Origin: an uncultured virus (IMG/VR IMGVR_UViG_3300021093_006163)
Taxonomy: Duplodnaviria; Heunggongvirae; Uroviricota; Caudoviricetes
Virus record (IMG/VR): IMGVR_UViG_3300021093_006163
Length of the DNA: 62,316 nucleotides
Strand: one strand, 5' to 3'
How positions within the stretch are numbered: the first letter of the stretch is position 1; each line of letters begins with the position of its first letter. The notes under the pieces are model-generated. The model was not told the origin of the DNA, made no database searches, and worked only from the letters and a program-made list of their open reading frames with translations. Shown piece by piece: positions 50,169-58,982 of this stretch. The translations under genes and the position numbers were made by a program.

Positions 50169-50931
50169 ATTCCTCTCCTGTCAGAGTGTAAGTTCCAACC
50201 TTGGTCACGCTGTAACTTGCGCAAGCGTTTGCGGTCATTATTGATAGATCTATATTTTTTGTCTCAAGAAATCTTACTGCAAGTGCAGATAAAAATACAT
50301 CTCCAGCACCGCAGACATCATGGGCCTCAACTTCTTTCGTTTGGTAAATTTTATCCCTGTATCTAGCACCAGCAGAGCCAAGTGTGACAATCATCTCGCA
50401 AGAGTTGTTGATATTTCTTGCATTTTTAGCCTCAGAATCATTGACTTTTAGGAGACAATTATGAAAACAAGAAAGATCTGACTTCTTAGTATCTACAATA
50501 ATTTGACAATTTGACGTGCTTGTAATTTCAGATAAAGCTTTTCGATCCAAAAAACCCTTGTCATAATCGCTTATGATTATGAGGTCATAATCTTTGAAAG
50601 TTTTTATTTTTTCAAAATCAAGAGATACTTGCAGAGGATCTACATCGTGTCGAAGTATTTGATTTTTTGTACGAGAATCAATAAATCGAGTCTTTATGAT
50701 CGTTATTGGATCTGGGCAGATCCAGTCTATTTCAAATTTTTCTCTCATCATTGAGGAGATGTTTGAAAAAACGTTTCCTGACATTCCTAGAATGTCAAAG
50801 ACTTTTGTCTGCTTGATAATAGGAACAGGCGCCTCTGGGCTTAAACGATCACAGGTTCCAAAGATATAGCGATCAATACAAACATCTCCTATCACTAATA
50901 TCTTTGATTTTTTTTGTTGTTGAAAATCCAT
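50149..50931 (-). CDS. hldA: D-glycero-D-manno-heptose-7-phosphate kinase (HldE domain I/HldA, PfkB family)
   Basis: ILVIGD..IDRY, RLSPEAPVP, KTRF, ISDYDKG, VTLG, DVCGAGD. Confidence 0.9.
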   Translation of the reverse strand: MDFQQQKKSKILVIGDVCIDRYIFGTCDRLSPEAPVPIIKQTKVFDILGMSGNVFSNISSMMREKFEIDWICPDPITIIKTRFIDSRTKNQILRHDVDPLQVSLDFEKIKTFKDYDLIIISDYDKGFLDRKALSEITSTSNCQIIVDTKKSDLSCFHNCLLKVNDSEAKNARNINNSCEMIVTLGSAGARYRDKIYQTKEVEAHDVCGAGDVFLSALAVRFLETKNIDLSIMTANACASYSVTKVGTYTLTGEEYENLCF

Positions 50932-51277
50932 CGACTGTCTCAAATATGACGACCTTGGCAAGATTATTTCCTACGACCTCTTCAGGCCTGTAGTCTCCAC
51001 CTTTCACAATAATATCAGGTCTTATTTGAGATATTAATTCAAAAGGAGTGTCCTCGTGAAAGATGTGAACTTCATCAACATATTTTATGCTTTCAAGAAA
51101 TATTTTTCTTTCTTCTTGTCCGTTTATAGGCCTGCTGGAACCTTTTAGCCGCTTTACACTCTCATCACTGTTGATCCCTACTATGACAACATCACCAAGT
51201 GATCTACAAAATTTTAACAAAGATATGTGGCCTAGATGAAGTATGTCAAAACATCCGTTAGTAAATACAGTCTTCAT
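50873..51277 (-). CDS. hldC: Heptose-1-phosphate nucleotidyltransferase (HldE domain II/HldC)
   Basis: FTNGCFDILHLGH, GINSD, RPIN, VKGGDY, GFSTT. Confidence 0.92.
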   Translation of the reverse strand: MKTVFTNGCFDILHLGHISLLKFCRSLGDVVIVGINSDESVKRLKGSSRPINGQEERKIFLESIKYVDEVHIFHEDTPFELISQIRPDIIVKGGDYRPEEVVGNNLAKVVIFETVDGFSTTKKIKDISDRRCLY

Positions 51278-52332
51278 CCTAGACAAGAAATCCTCGAAAT
51301 TAATCCATCTCCTATTGAAATATCTTCTGTAGAAAAGATACTTGGATGAGGAATTTCTTCTATAGAAATTTTGTTAACTCCCTTCTCTGGAATCTGAATT
51401 GTTAAAGACTGCTCATCATCAGTGTCTCTCTTGTCAATGATTGACAATCCTAGATCTAGGGATACAAATCTTTCCATTTTCTTCCTATCAATATTATGGA
51501 GATAGGGTGTATTAGCATCCTCATAATGGATTCTCTTTGAAAATAGATCGTATCCATATTTTTCTATGATGCTTCTGAAGAATAGAATTGAATCAAATAT
51601 TCTTGCATCTTCAAGATTTTTTCCAAAAATAAGATCTCTAAGATTTTGAACTTTATCAAGCTTGGAAAAAGATCCCATAGAAATAAAAAGATCTCTAATA
51701 TAATCTGGATCTTTCTGAAGTAGAAATTTCCTCAACTCTCTTGATATCTCAGGCGTGCACCCGGTTGTGAAGTAGTTAAAAGAAAGTATCCCACCTGGCT
51801 TTACAAGAGTCGAAAGATGATAAGCGACCAAGAAAGGATTTCTTAGGTGGTGAATTGCAAATCTCTGAAAAACAACATCAAAGAAATGCGGCTCAAAAGC
51901 TTCATTAATGGACTCAGCATTGACCTGTACTGGTGTTATTTTTCCAAGATATTTTCCAAAATTTTCATTTTCTCTAATCAATCTTGACATGTGAATAAGC
52001 GTATTTTTGGACCCATCACACATGTAGACATTTTCTGAACCGGAGTCAACTGCAGCAAGAGATAAACTACCGTGCCCAGCGCAGACATCGAGAACTTTTA
52101 AGTCTTTTGAAAAATTAAGAACTTGATTTCTCTCATAAAAATGAGAAGGAATTATTAGCGCAGATAAGCTTCTACGACCCGATTCTTCATCATGCAGTGT
52201 TCGTTTCTTATCTTGAACACTTTGGCAATTCAGACCGTGTTGCTCAAGCCAAATGCTGTCATAAATCTGGCTTGAAGGAGAAGCGCTGTGTATGAAAATT
52301 TCTGATTCTTTGTCAAGTTTTAATCTGTTCAT
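51274..52332 (-). CDS. Class I SAM-dependent methyltransferase
   Basis: VLDVCAGHG, FDVVFQRFAIHH, VKPGG. Confidence 0.85.
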   Translation of the reverse strand: MNRLKLDKESEIFIHSASPSSQIYDSIWLEQHGLNCQSVQDKKRTLHDEESGRRSLSALIIPSHFYERNQVLNFSKDLKVLDVCAGHGSLSLAAVDSGSENVYMCDGSKNTLIHMSRLIRENENFGKYLGKITPVQVNAESINEAFEPHFFDVVFQRFAIHHLRNPFLVAYHLSTLVKPGGILSFNYFTTGCTPEISRELRKFLLQKDPDYIRDLFISMGSFSKLDKVQNLRDLIFGKNLEDARIFDSILFFRSIIEKYGYDLFSKRIHYEDANTPYLHNIDRKKMERFVSLDLGLSIIDKRDTDDEQSLTIQIPEKGVNKISIEEIPHPSIFSTEDISIGDGLISRISCLG

Positions 52333-53207
52333 TTGTTTTTATTTTCCAATATTTTAGAAGTTTTCTTTATCCCAGAAAAGATATCTTGTCTCTCAAATTT
52401 AATGAATTTTGAGATCTTTTTATTATCGCTGCAGGTAAATTTTTGATACTTTCCGACTAGATGATCTGGAAATGGAATTTCAACAATATCTGACTTTGTT
52501 AGATTCGATATTATTTCTGCGACATCTCTAAAAGATCTTGGATTTCCTGTTCCAACATTGTAGATTCCTGATTCTTCGAATTGTCTCGATTCAATAGTAA
52601 TCTTGACAACATCTTCAACATGAATAAAGTCTCTAAGAAAATTTTCGCTTCCTTCAAATATTTTTATTTCTCTAGATCTGTTTGATTGATCAAAGAATTT
52701 GTAAACAGGACTTGCCATGTCTCCTTTATGAGATTCATTGTGGCCATAGACGTTGAAGTATCTTAATCCAAAAACCTTTAAATCTGAATTATCTCTTATT
52801 TTTTGATCAACAATCATATCAAATGATAGCTTGCTAATTGCGTAGTAATTTATTGGATCACATCGACTATGTTCAGTAAATCCAAATTTTCCATCGCCAT
52901 AAACAGAAGCTGAAGATGCGTAAATCATTGGAATATTTCTTTTTTCACAGAATTCAAGAATCTTTGAGCTAAAAAGGATATTTTCTCTGATGAGAGATTC
53001 TGTATTTTTCTCAGTTGTTGAAGATATCGCACCCATGTGGTAGACAGCTTTGATATTTTTTTCAGAGATGTGAGACAAAAGATCATCGGGATTTATCATC
53101 CTTGAATCTCTAGGATCACATTCTATTACATCCCCTTCTTTGGCTCTTAGCTCTTCAACAAGATTCTTTCCAATAAATCCTGCAGCACCAGTCACACAAG
53201 ACGTCAT
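52329..53207 (-). CDS. hldD: ADP-L-glycero-D-manno-heptose 6-epimerase
   Basis: VTGAAGFIG, HMGAISSTT, YASSASVYG, YAISK, RYFNVYGHNESHKGDMAS, RDFIHV, YQKFT. Confidence 0.9.
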   Translation of the reverse strand: MTSCVTGAAGFIGKNLVEELRAKEGDVIECDPRDSRMINPDDLLSHISEKNIKAVYHMGAISSTTEKNTESLIRENILFSSKILEFCEKRNIPMIYASSASVYGDGKFGFTEHSRCDPINYYAISKLSFDMIVDQKIRDNSDLKVFGLRYFNVYGHNESHKGDMASPVYKFFDQSNRSREIKIFEGSENFLRDFIHVEDVVKITIESRQFEESGIYNVGTGNPRSFRDVAEIISNLTKSDIVEIPFPDHLVGKYQKFTCSDNKKISKFIKFERQDIFSGIKKTSKILENKNK

Positions 53208-54980
53208 CTACTCGACTCCTGCATCGTTGTTGTACAAAATGTTATCATACAAATGATGCCTAACTGCTGTCGACAAGGTGTGAGGAAGAATCTGATCTTC
53301 TCCGTTTTTGATTGAATAGCTCGCTGCCTTTTCAATCGCAAGATCGTATTTGGGAAGACACGCGAAATAAGAAGCAAGGTTCACAAGGTCTCGTAGATCC
53401 TTTCTTGGCACAGAAACATGAGTTTTTTGAATGATTCTTTTAACGTCTTCTATGTTATCAAGGGCATTCCTTGCTTCCTGGTTAGAATTGCTAATTTTCT
53501 CAAGGTGAGAAATTGTCGCAGATCCTAGATTTTCAAAAGAATATTCTCCTTCTGTCCTAAGATAGCTAGATGCCAATTCATCTCCCTTCGGGACAGATGC
53601 AAAGAAATTAAAATGCTTTCTAAGTTCTGCATTCTGCAATCTATACTTCTCAAGATCTTCGCTAGAAAGCCAAACTCCAGGATCATTCTTTCTATCCTTA
53701 AGACTTGGTCCGATCCATTCTCTGGGGAATCTTAGAACTGATTTTTCAAAAAAAGTATCCGGGACATCGCTGTTATCGCTTTCATAGTGTCCGTTTTCTT
53801 CACAATAAATACCCATCTTTGTTCCCTTATAGGGAGCAAGTGTTGACGCCCAGGCCATTGTTGGTCCGCCAGAATGTTCTTTGAGTTGAACGTTTAGAGA
53901 CAAAAGCTCTAGATCAGCGTCTAGATTCATTTTTGTCTTCTCAGATGTTGCTCCATACGGAAGACCTGTAATCTGCTCAGTTCTAACCTTAAAACCTCTG
54001 CTAGAGACGTTCTTCATTCCTTCAAAAATCATCTCTTGAGGCATAGTCCTATCAAGAACTTCTCGTCTAATCACGTGATTTGCTGCTTCAATCGCTAGAG
54101 TTAGACCAAATCCTCCCGCCTTTCTGGTCAAATCAAGACGCTTCTCTCCTGCGTCTTTCACGGTCATTTCCCATCTCATTTGCGCATGAAAAGGAATTCC
54201 TACCTCAGTTGGCCATCTATTGGACATCTGGTCCAGATATCCACCTGATCTAACATCAAACCCAAAGATATCATCTTGAAAATAGATTACGTCTGTTTTC
54301 CATTTCTCAGATATCTCTCTGGCTTCAGAAATTACGCTTTCTATGTTTCTAACATTCTTAGGAAATAGCCTTCCAGATTTTCCTAGACCTTTTGCAATCG
54401 AATCTGCTAGATCCGGAGGAACATTTTTCACAAGATCACCAACTGTGCTGCTGTTATAACAGTAGGTGCAAGTGTATGGGCATCCGGTCATTGTGATGAT
54501 GCTTTTTATTTTGCTTTTTGCATGTTCTGGATATTCTTTATAGAAAGTCTCCCTATCCGGGAGAGGAAATTCAGATGCAGATGACATAGGAAGAATTCCA
54601 GGAGAAGCTTCTCCTGTTAAAATTTTCCGCAATGATCCTAGCCCTTCGCTCATTACGACATAATCAGAATATGCAAGAGACTCTGATGGGAAGTAGGTAG
54701 GATGCGGACCTCCAACAATCGTAACGATACTGCTATGATCTTTCTTGAGCCTTAGAAAAGCCTCTTTGAGCTGAATGTGATTTCCAGTATAAACATTAAA
54801 ACCTACGACATCGGGTTGATATTCCTTGATGATTCTAAAGAATTCATCAAAATTATGATTTTTTACTAAATGGAATCTTCTTTCCCAGCCTAGATCTCTT
54901 GCAACTCCGGCAAGATGAAGTATCCCAAGTGGCTCAATTGCAGAGTAGCTTGCACAAAATAATATTCTCTTCTTTCTCAT
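53208..54980 (-). CDS. Cobalamin-binding radical SAM protein
   Basis: EPLGILHLA, VVGF and GGPHPT (B12-binding domain); GCPYTCTYC (CxxxCxxC); FQDD, ITGLP. Confidence 0.88.
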   Translation of the reverse strand: MRKKRILFCASYSAIEPLGILHLAGVARDLGWERRFHLVKNHNFDEFFRIIKEYQPDVVGFNVYTGNHIQLKEAFLRLKKDHSSIVTIVGGPHPTYFPSESLAYSDYVVMSEGLGSLRKILTGEASPGILPMSSASEFPLPDRETFYKEYPEHAKSKIKSIITMTGCPYTCTYCYNSSTVGDLVKNVPPDLADSIAKGLGKSGRLFPKNVRNIESVISEAREISEKWKTDVIYFQDDIFGFDVRSGGYLDQMSNRWPTEVGIPFHAQMRWEMTVKDAGEKRLDLTRKAGGFGLTLAIEAANHVIRREVLDRTMPQEMIFEGMKNVSSRGFKVRTEQITGLPYGATSEKTKMNLDADLELLSLNVQLKEHSGGPTMAWASTLAPYKGTKMGIYCEENGHYESDNSDVPDTFFEKSVLRFPREWIGPSLKDRKNDPGVWLSSEDLEKYRLQNAELRKHFNFFASVPKGDELASSYLRTEGEYSFENLGSATISHLEKISNSNQEARNALDNIEDVKRIIQKTHVSVPRKDLRDLVNLASYFACLPKYDLAIEKAASYSIKNGEDQILPHTLSTAVRHHLYDNILYNNDAGVE

Positions 54981-55834
54981 TTTTTGTTTCCAATCATAGA
55001 AATAATACTCTCAACTACCTCTCTATGGTCGTGAGATTGAGACTCATCATAGCATTTTTGACAGAATGTTTTCATTCCGCAGGGTCCGTGGTTCTCTCCT
55101 ATCCATATATTTCTATTTTCGGGATATCCTGTCAGCCTTGGGTGAACAAAACCAGTGTAGACTATGACAGATTTTGTTCCAACAGCATTTGAAGCATGCA
55201 TCAATCCGCCATCTGTGGAAGCAAACAAAAGAGATTCTCTAATAACAATAGCAGCCTCTCTGAAAGAAGTCCTACCGCATAAGTTAATAACACCTTCCAG
55301 ATTGTGATCCCTGTTTTTTCTACCAACTTGAACGACCCTATACCCTAATTCATTGAGATCATTAGAGACTTTTTGCCATTTGCTTGTAGGATATTTTTTG
55401 TTAACACAATATTCATCATTTGATTGAGGTTCGATGCAAACGTAAGGTCCTCCAACCTCTTTAAGAATAGCAGAGACTTTTTTCTCTTCTTCTTCTGTAA
55501 AATACAGTTCACACTTCAGTCTAGAACTTTGAATCCCATAAAATTCACAAATTTGATCAATCATGTGCTTGTCATATCGATGAACAGCATGATCAGGTGT
55601 GTCTTTCTTGCAATAATTAGACTGTGGGTGGTTTAGAATCATTGGAAAGCAATGTGCACTTTCCTTGATTTCTTGTAAAATGTAGGGATTATTTTCAAAT
55701 ATATCACTTTTTATAACTCTAATAATTCCTCCTTGATGTTGCTCAATTGGAAGAACTTTCATTCCAGGGACTCCAATTGCAGAGACTATCTCTCTAGCAA
55801 CAGCAGTCCAGGTCAAATAACCACCTAATCCCAT
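54977..55834 (-). CDS. GT9-like (heptosyltransferase family) glycosyltransferase
   Basis: MGLG, NNPY, KKYP..KW, NLCGRTSFRE, DGGLMHASNAVG; C-terminal HGPCG...CQKC. Confidence 0.8.
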   Translation of the reverse strand: MGLGGYLTWTAVAREIVSAIGVPGMKVLPIEQHQGGIIRVIKSDIFENNPYILQEIKESAHCFPMILNHPQSNYCKKDTPDHAVHRYDKHMIDQICEFYGIQSSRLKCELYFTEEEEKKVSAILKEVGGPYVCIEPQSNDEYCVNKKYPTSKWQKVSNDLNELGYRVVQVGRKNRDHNLEGVINLCGRTSFREAAIVIRESLLFASTDGGLMHASNAVGTKSVIVYTGFVHPRLTGYPENRNIWIGENHGPCGMKTFCQKCYDESQSHDHREVVESIISMIGNKK

Positions 55835-55842
55835 TTTTTCTC

Positions 55843-56754
55843 CTAAGAAGAAAGAGCTTTCTCATAAAGCTTTGCTACGATCTCTATGTCAAGATATTCA
55901 GAAAATACATCAGGTCTATCGGGTAAGTTAAAATCAAAATCAAGAGAAGGAGGAGAGTCATAATCCGTTAGCTCAAACTTGTACTCTACTTTTTCGGGAA
56001 TTATTAGACCGTTTTCTCTAACAATCTCTCTTGTTCCTCCTGAATTTGTGCATATAACAGGACATCCCTGCGAGAGCGCCTCAACAACAACATTTGGACA
56101 ATGATCAATCCAGGCGAGATGAATCATCCAATCAGAAGCCCTGTATATTTCCAGGCAAGAATTGTGATCAATTTCACCCGTGTAAAAAATCCTTGGGTGT
56201 GAAACAACGTAATCTGGATTTTTTCCTAAAACAACAAAGCAAGAATTTGAATCATTTTCTGAAATTTTTAGAAAAAGATCTGTGTTTTCTTTCAATCTTT
56301 TTTGTCTGTGCCAAGAGGCAGATGAAACAAATATTTTATCAAAACTATCTCTTAGAGACCTAATCTGTTGATTAGTAATTTCGACTTTTTTTAGATCTAT
56401 TCCATTGTGAATGACGCTTGATGACTTTGATTTGCCCCAGTGATTTTCTACCATTTCTTTATCAAAGTTTGATTGAAAGATCACATGATCACTGGATTCA
56501 TAAGTTTTTTTTATTTCTCTATTTTTTCTCTCAAATTCTTCTGGTTTGAACCATATTCCATCAAGTCTTTGTACAAGCTTTATTCTTGGATCGCAGAATG
56601 ACTTTGCTTCGATGAATGCAAGCATGCAATCATAGGTTTCATTTTGATCAACTAATTTGTGTCCGTTCTTAATTAGTTGATTTGATAAACGTCCTGCAAA
56701 AGAGTTTGGTCCGCTTCTCGAGTTTAGATTGACGTTTGAGAGATGAATTCTCAA
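55843..56754 (-). CDS. Glycosyltransferase, GT-B (GT4-like)
   Basis: SGP..F, VIHNGID, DHCPNVVVEA, PVIC..SGG; TTG start at 56754 or 56766. Confidence 0.85.
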   Translation of the reverse strand: MRIHLSNVNLNSRSGPNSFAGRLSNQLIKNGHKLVDQNETYDCMLAFIEAKSFCDPRIKLVQRLDGIWFKPEEFERKNREIKKTYESSDHVIFQSNFDKEMVENHWGKSKSSSVIHNGIDLKKVEITNQQIRSLRDSFDKIFVSSASWHRQKRLKENTDLFLKISENDSNSCFVVLGKNPDYVVSHPRIFYTGEIDHNSCLEIYRASDWMIHLAWIDHCPNVVVEALSQGCPVICTNSGGTREIVRENGLIIPEKVEYKFELTDYDSPPSLDFDFNLPDRPDVFSEYLDIEIVAKLYEKALSS

Positions 56755-56755
56755 T

Positions 56756-57676
56756 TTAATTCTCAATTATTTCAATATACTTTTGACAGCAATAATTTAT
56801 ATCAAGAGAATTTACATCAATAGCATCTCTATAGCTTTGGTAGTTTTTGACAATCTCACTAAATCCCGAGAGAAACTGTTGAAAGCTAGAAAATTCAACG
56901 CCATGATTTTTGCAAAGCTCTTTTATTCCTCCTGTCTCTGAGTGGTACAAGACAGGTAATCCGCTTGCTGCGCCTTCGATATGATGCATTCCGCATGGTT
57001 CATTTCTACTTGCTGTGACATAGATGTCGTGATTTTTAAGTTCTTGTCCGAGCATTCTTCCAGCAAGTGGGCTTATAATTTTTGTTGCAATAGGAGAATA
57101 TCCATTCCAATACCTTCCAATATAAGTAAATTCAAATAAACCGGGATTTCTTGATAAAAACTTGTCTATTTCAACATAGACATCAAAACCTTTCATAAAA
57201 TTATCAGACCAGTGATGTGTAACGATTTTGACAGGGCTAGAAAGAGACTTTTCTTTTAGAAATTCAAAATTGTCTAGATTACAACCATTGTAGATAACAT
57301 GAGATCTTCTTTTGAATCCTCTATCTATAAAATAGTCCTTGAGCCAGCTACTTATGAAGACAACTTCATCAGATATGTTCATTCCCCTGATTAGTAGGTT
57401 ATCGATATCGTTTGTAGACTTTCTCGCATCGCACTCATTTACTCTGTGGAGTATTCTTGTCTCCGGAAATATTCTCTTATATTCTTCAATGTGGTCAATT
57501 GAATATCCTATGTCTCCAGGCCTTGGATCCATCATGAAGATTAAGTCTATCCTGTGTTCTAAATGAAAGCAGACTTTATGACCTCTTTTTTCTAGAGAAT
57601 CAACCATTTTAATCAAAAATTGATTTCCACCGCCGTAGGGTTCAAACCTTGGGACCCTATTGAAGAAAATTTTCAT
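56756..57676 (-). CDS. Glycosyltransferase, GT-B (GT4-like)
   Basis: YGGGNQF, VIYNG, KGF, EPCGMHHIEG, LPVLY. Confidence 0.85.
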   Translation of the reverse strand: MKIFFNRVPRFEPYGGGNQFLIKMVDSLEKRGHKVCFHLEHRIDLIFMMDPRPGDIGYSIDHIEEYKRIFPETRILHRVNECDARKSTNDIDNLLIRGMNISDEVVFISSWLKDYFIDRGFKRRSHVIYNGCNLDNFEFLKEKSLSSPVKIVTHHWSDNFMKGFDVYVEIDKFLSRNPGLFEFTYIGRYWNGYSPIATKIISPLAGRMLGQELKNHDIYVTASRNEPCGMHHIEGAASGLPVLYHSETGGIKELCKNHGVEFSSFQQFLSGFSEIVKNYQSYRDAIDVNSLDINYCCQKYIEIIEN

Positions 57677-58383
57677 ACAAAGCCTCTGCTTCTTAAAAAG
57701 CTAGCCTCGTTCTTTTGAAATTTTGCATCTTCTGTATGGAAAGTTTCCTTTTTTAGCTCAATAGAATAATGGTATGCAACAATTGGCTCAAAATGACGCT
57801 TTTTTGCAAGATGAAGAATGGGAAGATATATTGCCTGGTCTCCTATTCTTCTAAAGTAATCTCCATCTTCTCCTCTAAAGTTTTCATCACTAATCCCATT
57901 TATTAGACTCTTCTTAAAAGTCTTGAAGTGAGAAGAAACCCAGGGATGCTGGTAGACATTAGCATCCTGGGGCAGAGGAGCAGAAATATTGCTGTGTGTA
58001 AATGACCATCTATGAGCAGTCCATGCAGCATCCACACCTTCGTTCTCGTATCTATGATTAAGAATTGTGAGGACATCTAGATCAGTTAGCCAATCATCTG
58101 CATCAAGTCTACAGATTATGTCGTTGTCTTCGCACTGATCTATCATCTCTAGAACATTTTTAACTTCCCACTTTTTTTCAGAATTTACTTGTATGTCAAT
58201 CTTTTCTTGGAGCCCGAGATGATCTCTTAGAATTTCTGATGATTTGACAGTATTGTCAGTCGACATATCGTCTCTCATGATGATTTTCCAATCTCCGTAC
58301 GACTGTGCAATAACTGACATTATTGATTGCTGTATTGTCTTTTCAGCATTATAAGCTGGCATCACAAACACAAATCTTGACAT
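57673..58383 (-). CDS. Glycosyltransferase, GT-A (GT2-like)
   Basis: VMPAYNA, DDMSTD, LDADD (DxD). Confidence 0.9.
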   Translation of the reverse strand: MSRFVFVMPAYNAEKTIQQSIMSVIAQSYGDWKIIMRDDMSTDNTVKSSEILRDHLGLQEKIDIQVNSEKKWEVKNVLEMIDQCEDNDIICRLDADDWLTDLDVLTILNHRYENEGVDAAWTAHRWSFTHSNISAPLPQDANVYQHPWVSSHFKTFKKSLINGISDENFRGEDGDYFRRIGDQAIYLPILHLAKKRHFEPIVAYHYSIELKKETFHTEDAKFQKNEASFLRSRGFV

Positions 58384-58982
58384 TAGAAAAAATCCTTATT
58401 GTTACTCTTGACAAGCATAATTGGCTCTCCGTTCATTAGAGAGACCTTCTTCCACGATGAATTGATTTCAACAAAATCATCGATAGCTGACTTTACTCCT
58501 TGCTTTTCTTGATCAATCTTAGGAGTTGCAAGCTTATTATCAGTGTAATCTGATCTTTCTGAGTAGGAAAGATCTCTATTACTCCATCTTCCCTCGTAGT
58601 CATCGCAGATTACAACTGTCTCATCATGAGAAATTTTATCAATCTTCTTTAATTCATTAAAAACAGTATAATAATTGTGATCTCCATCAATCAGAATAAC
58701 ATCAAAAATTTCATTGCATTCATCAAGAAAGCTCAAGCTATTGTTATTGATTATTCTAACATTTTGATTTTTTTCAAACATCATGTATTTAAGAGTTTCA
58801 ACAATTGAATTTTCAATGCGTATGTCAATTCCCGTGTACTCAAATGACTCTTTGGTTCTTGACAGCCTTTGCAGGAGAGAGAACATTGTAATTCCAGTAC
58901 TGATTCCTATCTCAAGAATTTTTGAAAATTTTTTCCTCATCAAGTAGGCGTGTATGAATGGAATGTAGCCGTGGTAAGCCAT
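58383..58982 (-). CDS. Class I SAM-dependent methyltransferase (Methyltransf_24-like)
   Basis: LEIGISTG, GID, DVILIDGDH, CDD, GV..AID. Confidence 0.85.
   Translation of the reverse strand: MAYHGYIPFIHAYLMRKKFSKILEIGISTGITMFSLLQRLSRTKESFEYTGIDIRIENSIVETLKYMMFEKNQNVRIINNNSLSFLDECNEIFDVILIDGDHNYYTVFNELKKIDKISHDETVVICDDYEGRWSNRDLSYSERSDYTDNKLATPKIDQEKQGVKSAIDDFVEINSSWKKVSLMNGEPIMLVKSNNKDFF

Noticed and set aside
56746..56766. Short direct repeat TTGAGAATT (twice) at a GT4/GT4 junction
   Set aside because: Only 9 nt in AT-rich DNA; it only makes the start codon ambiguous and gives no evidence of a mobile-element target duplication.
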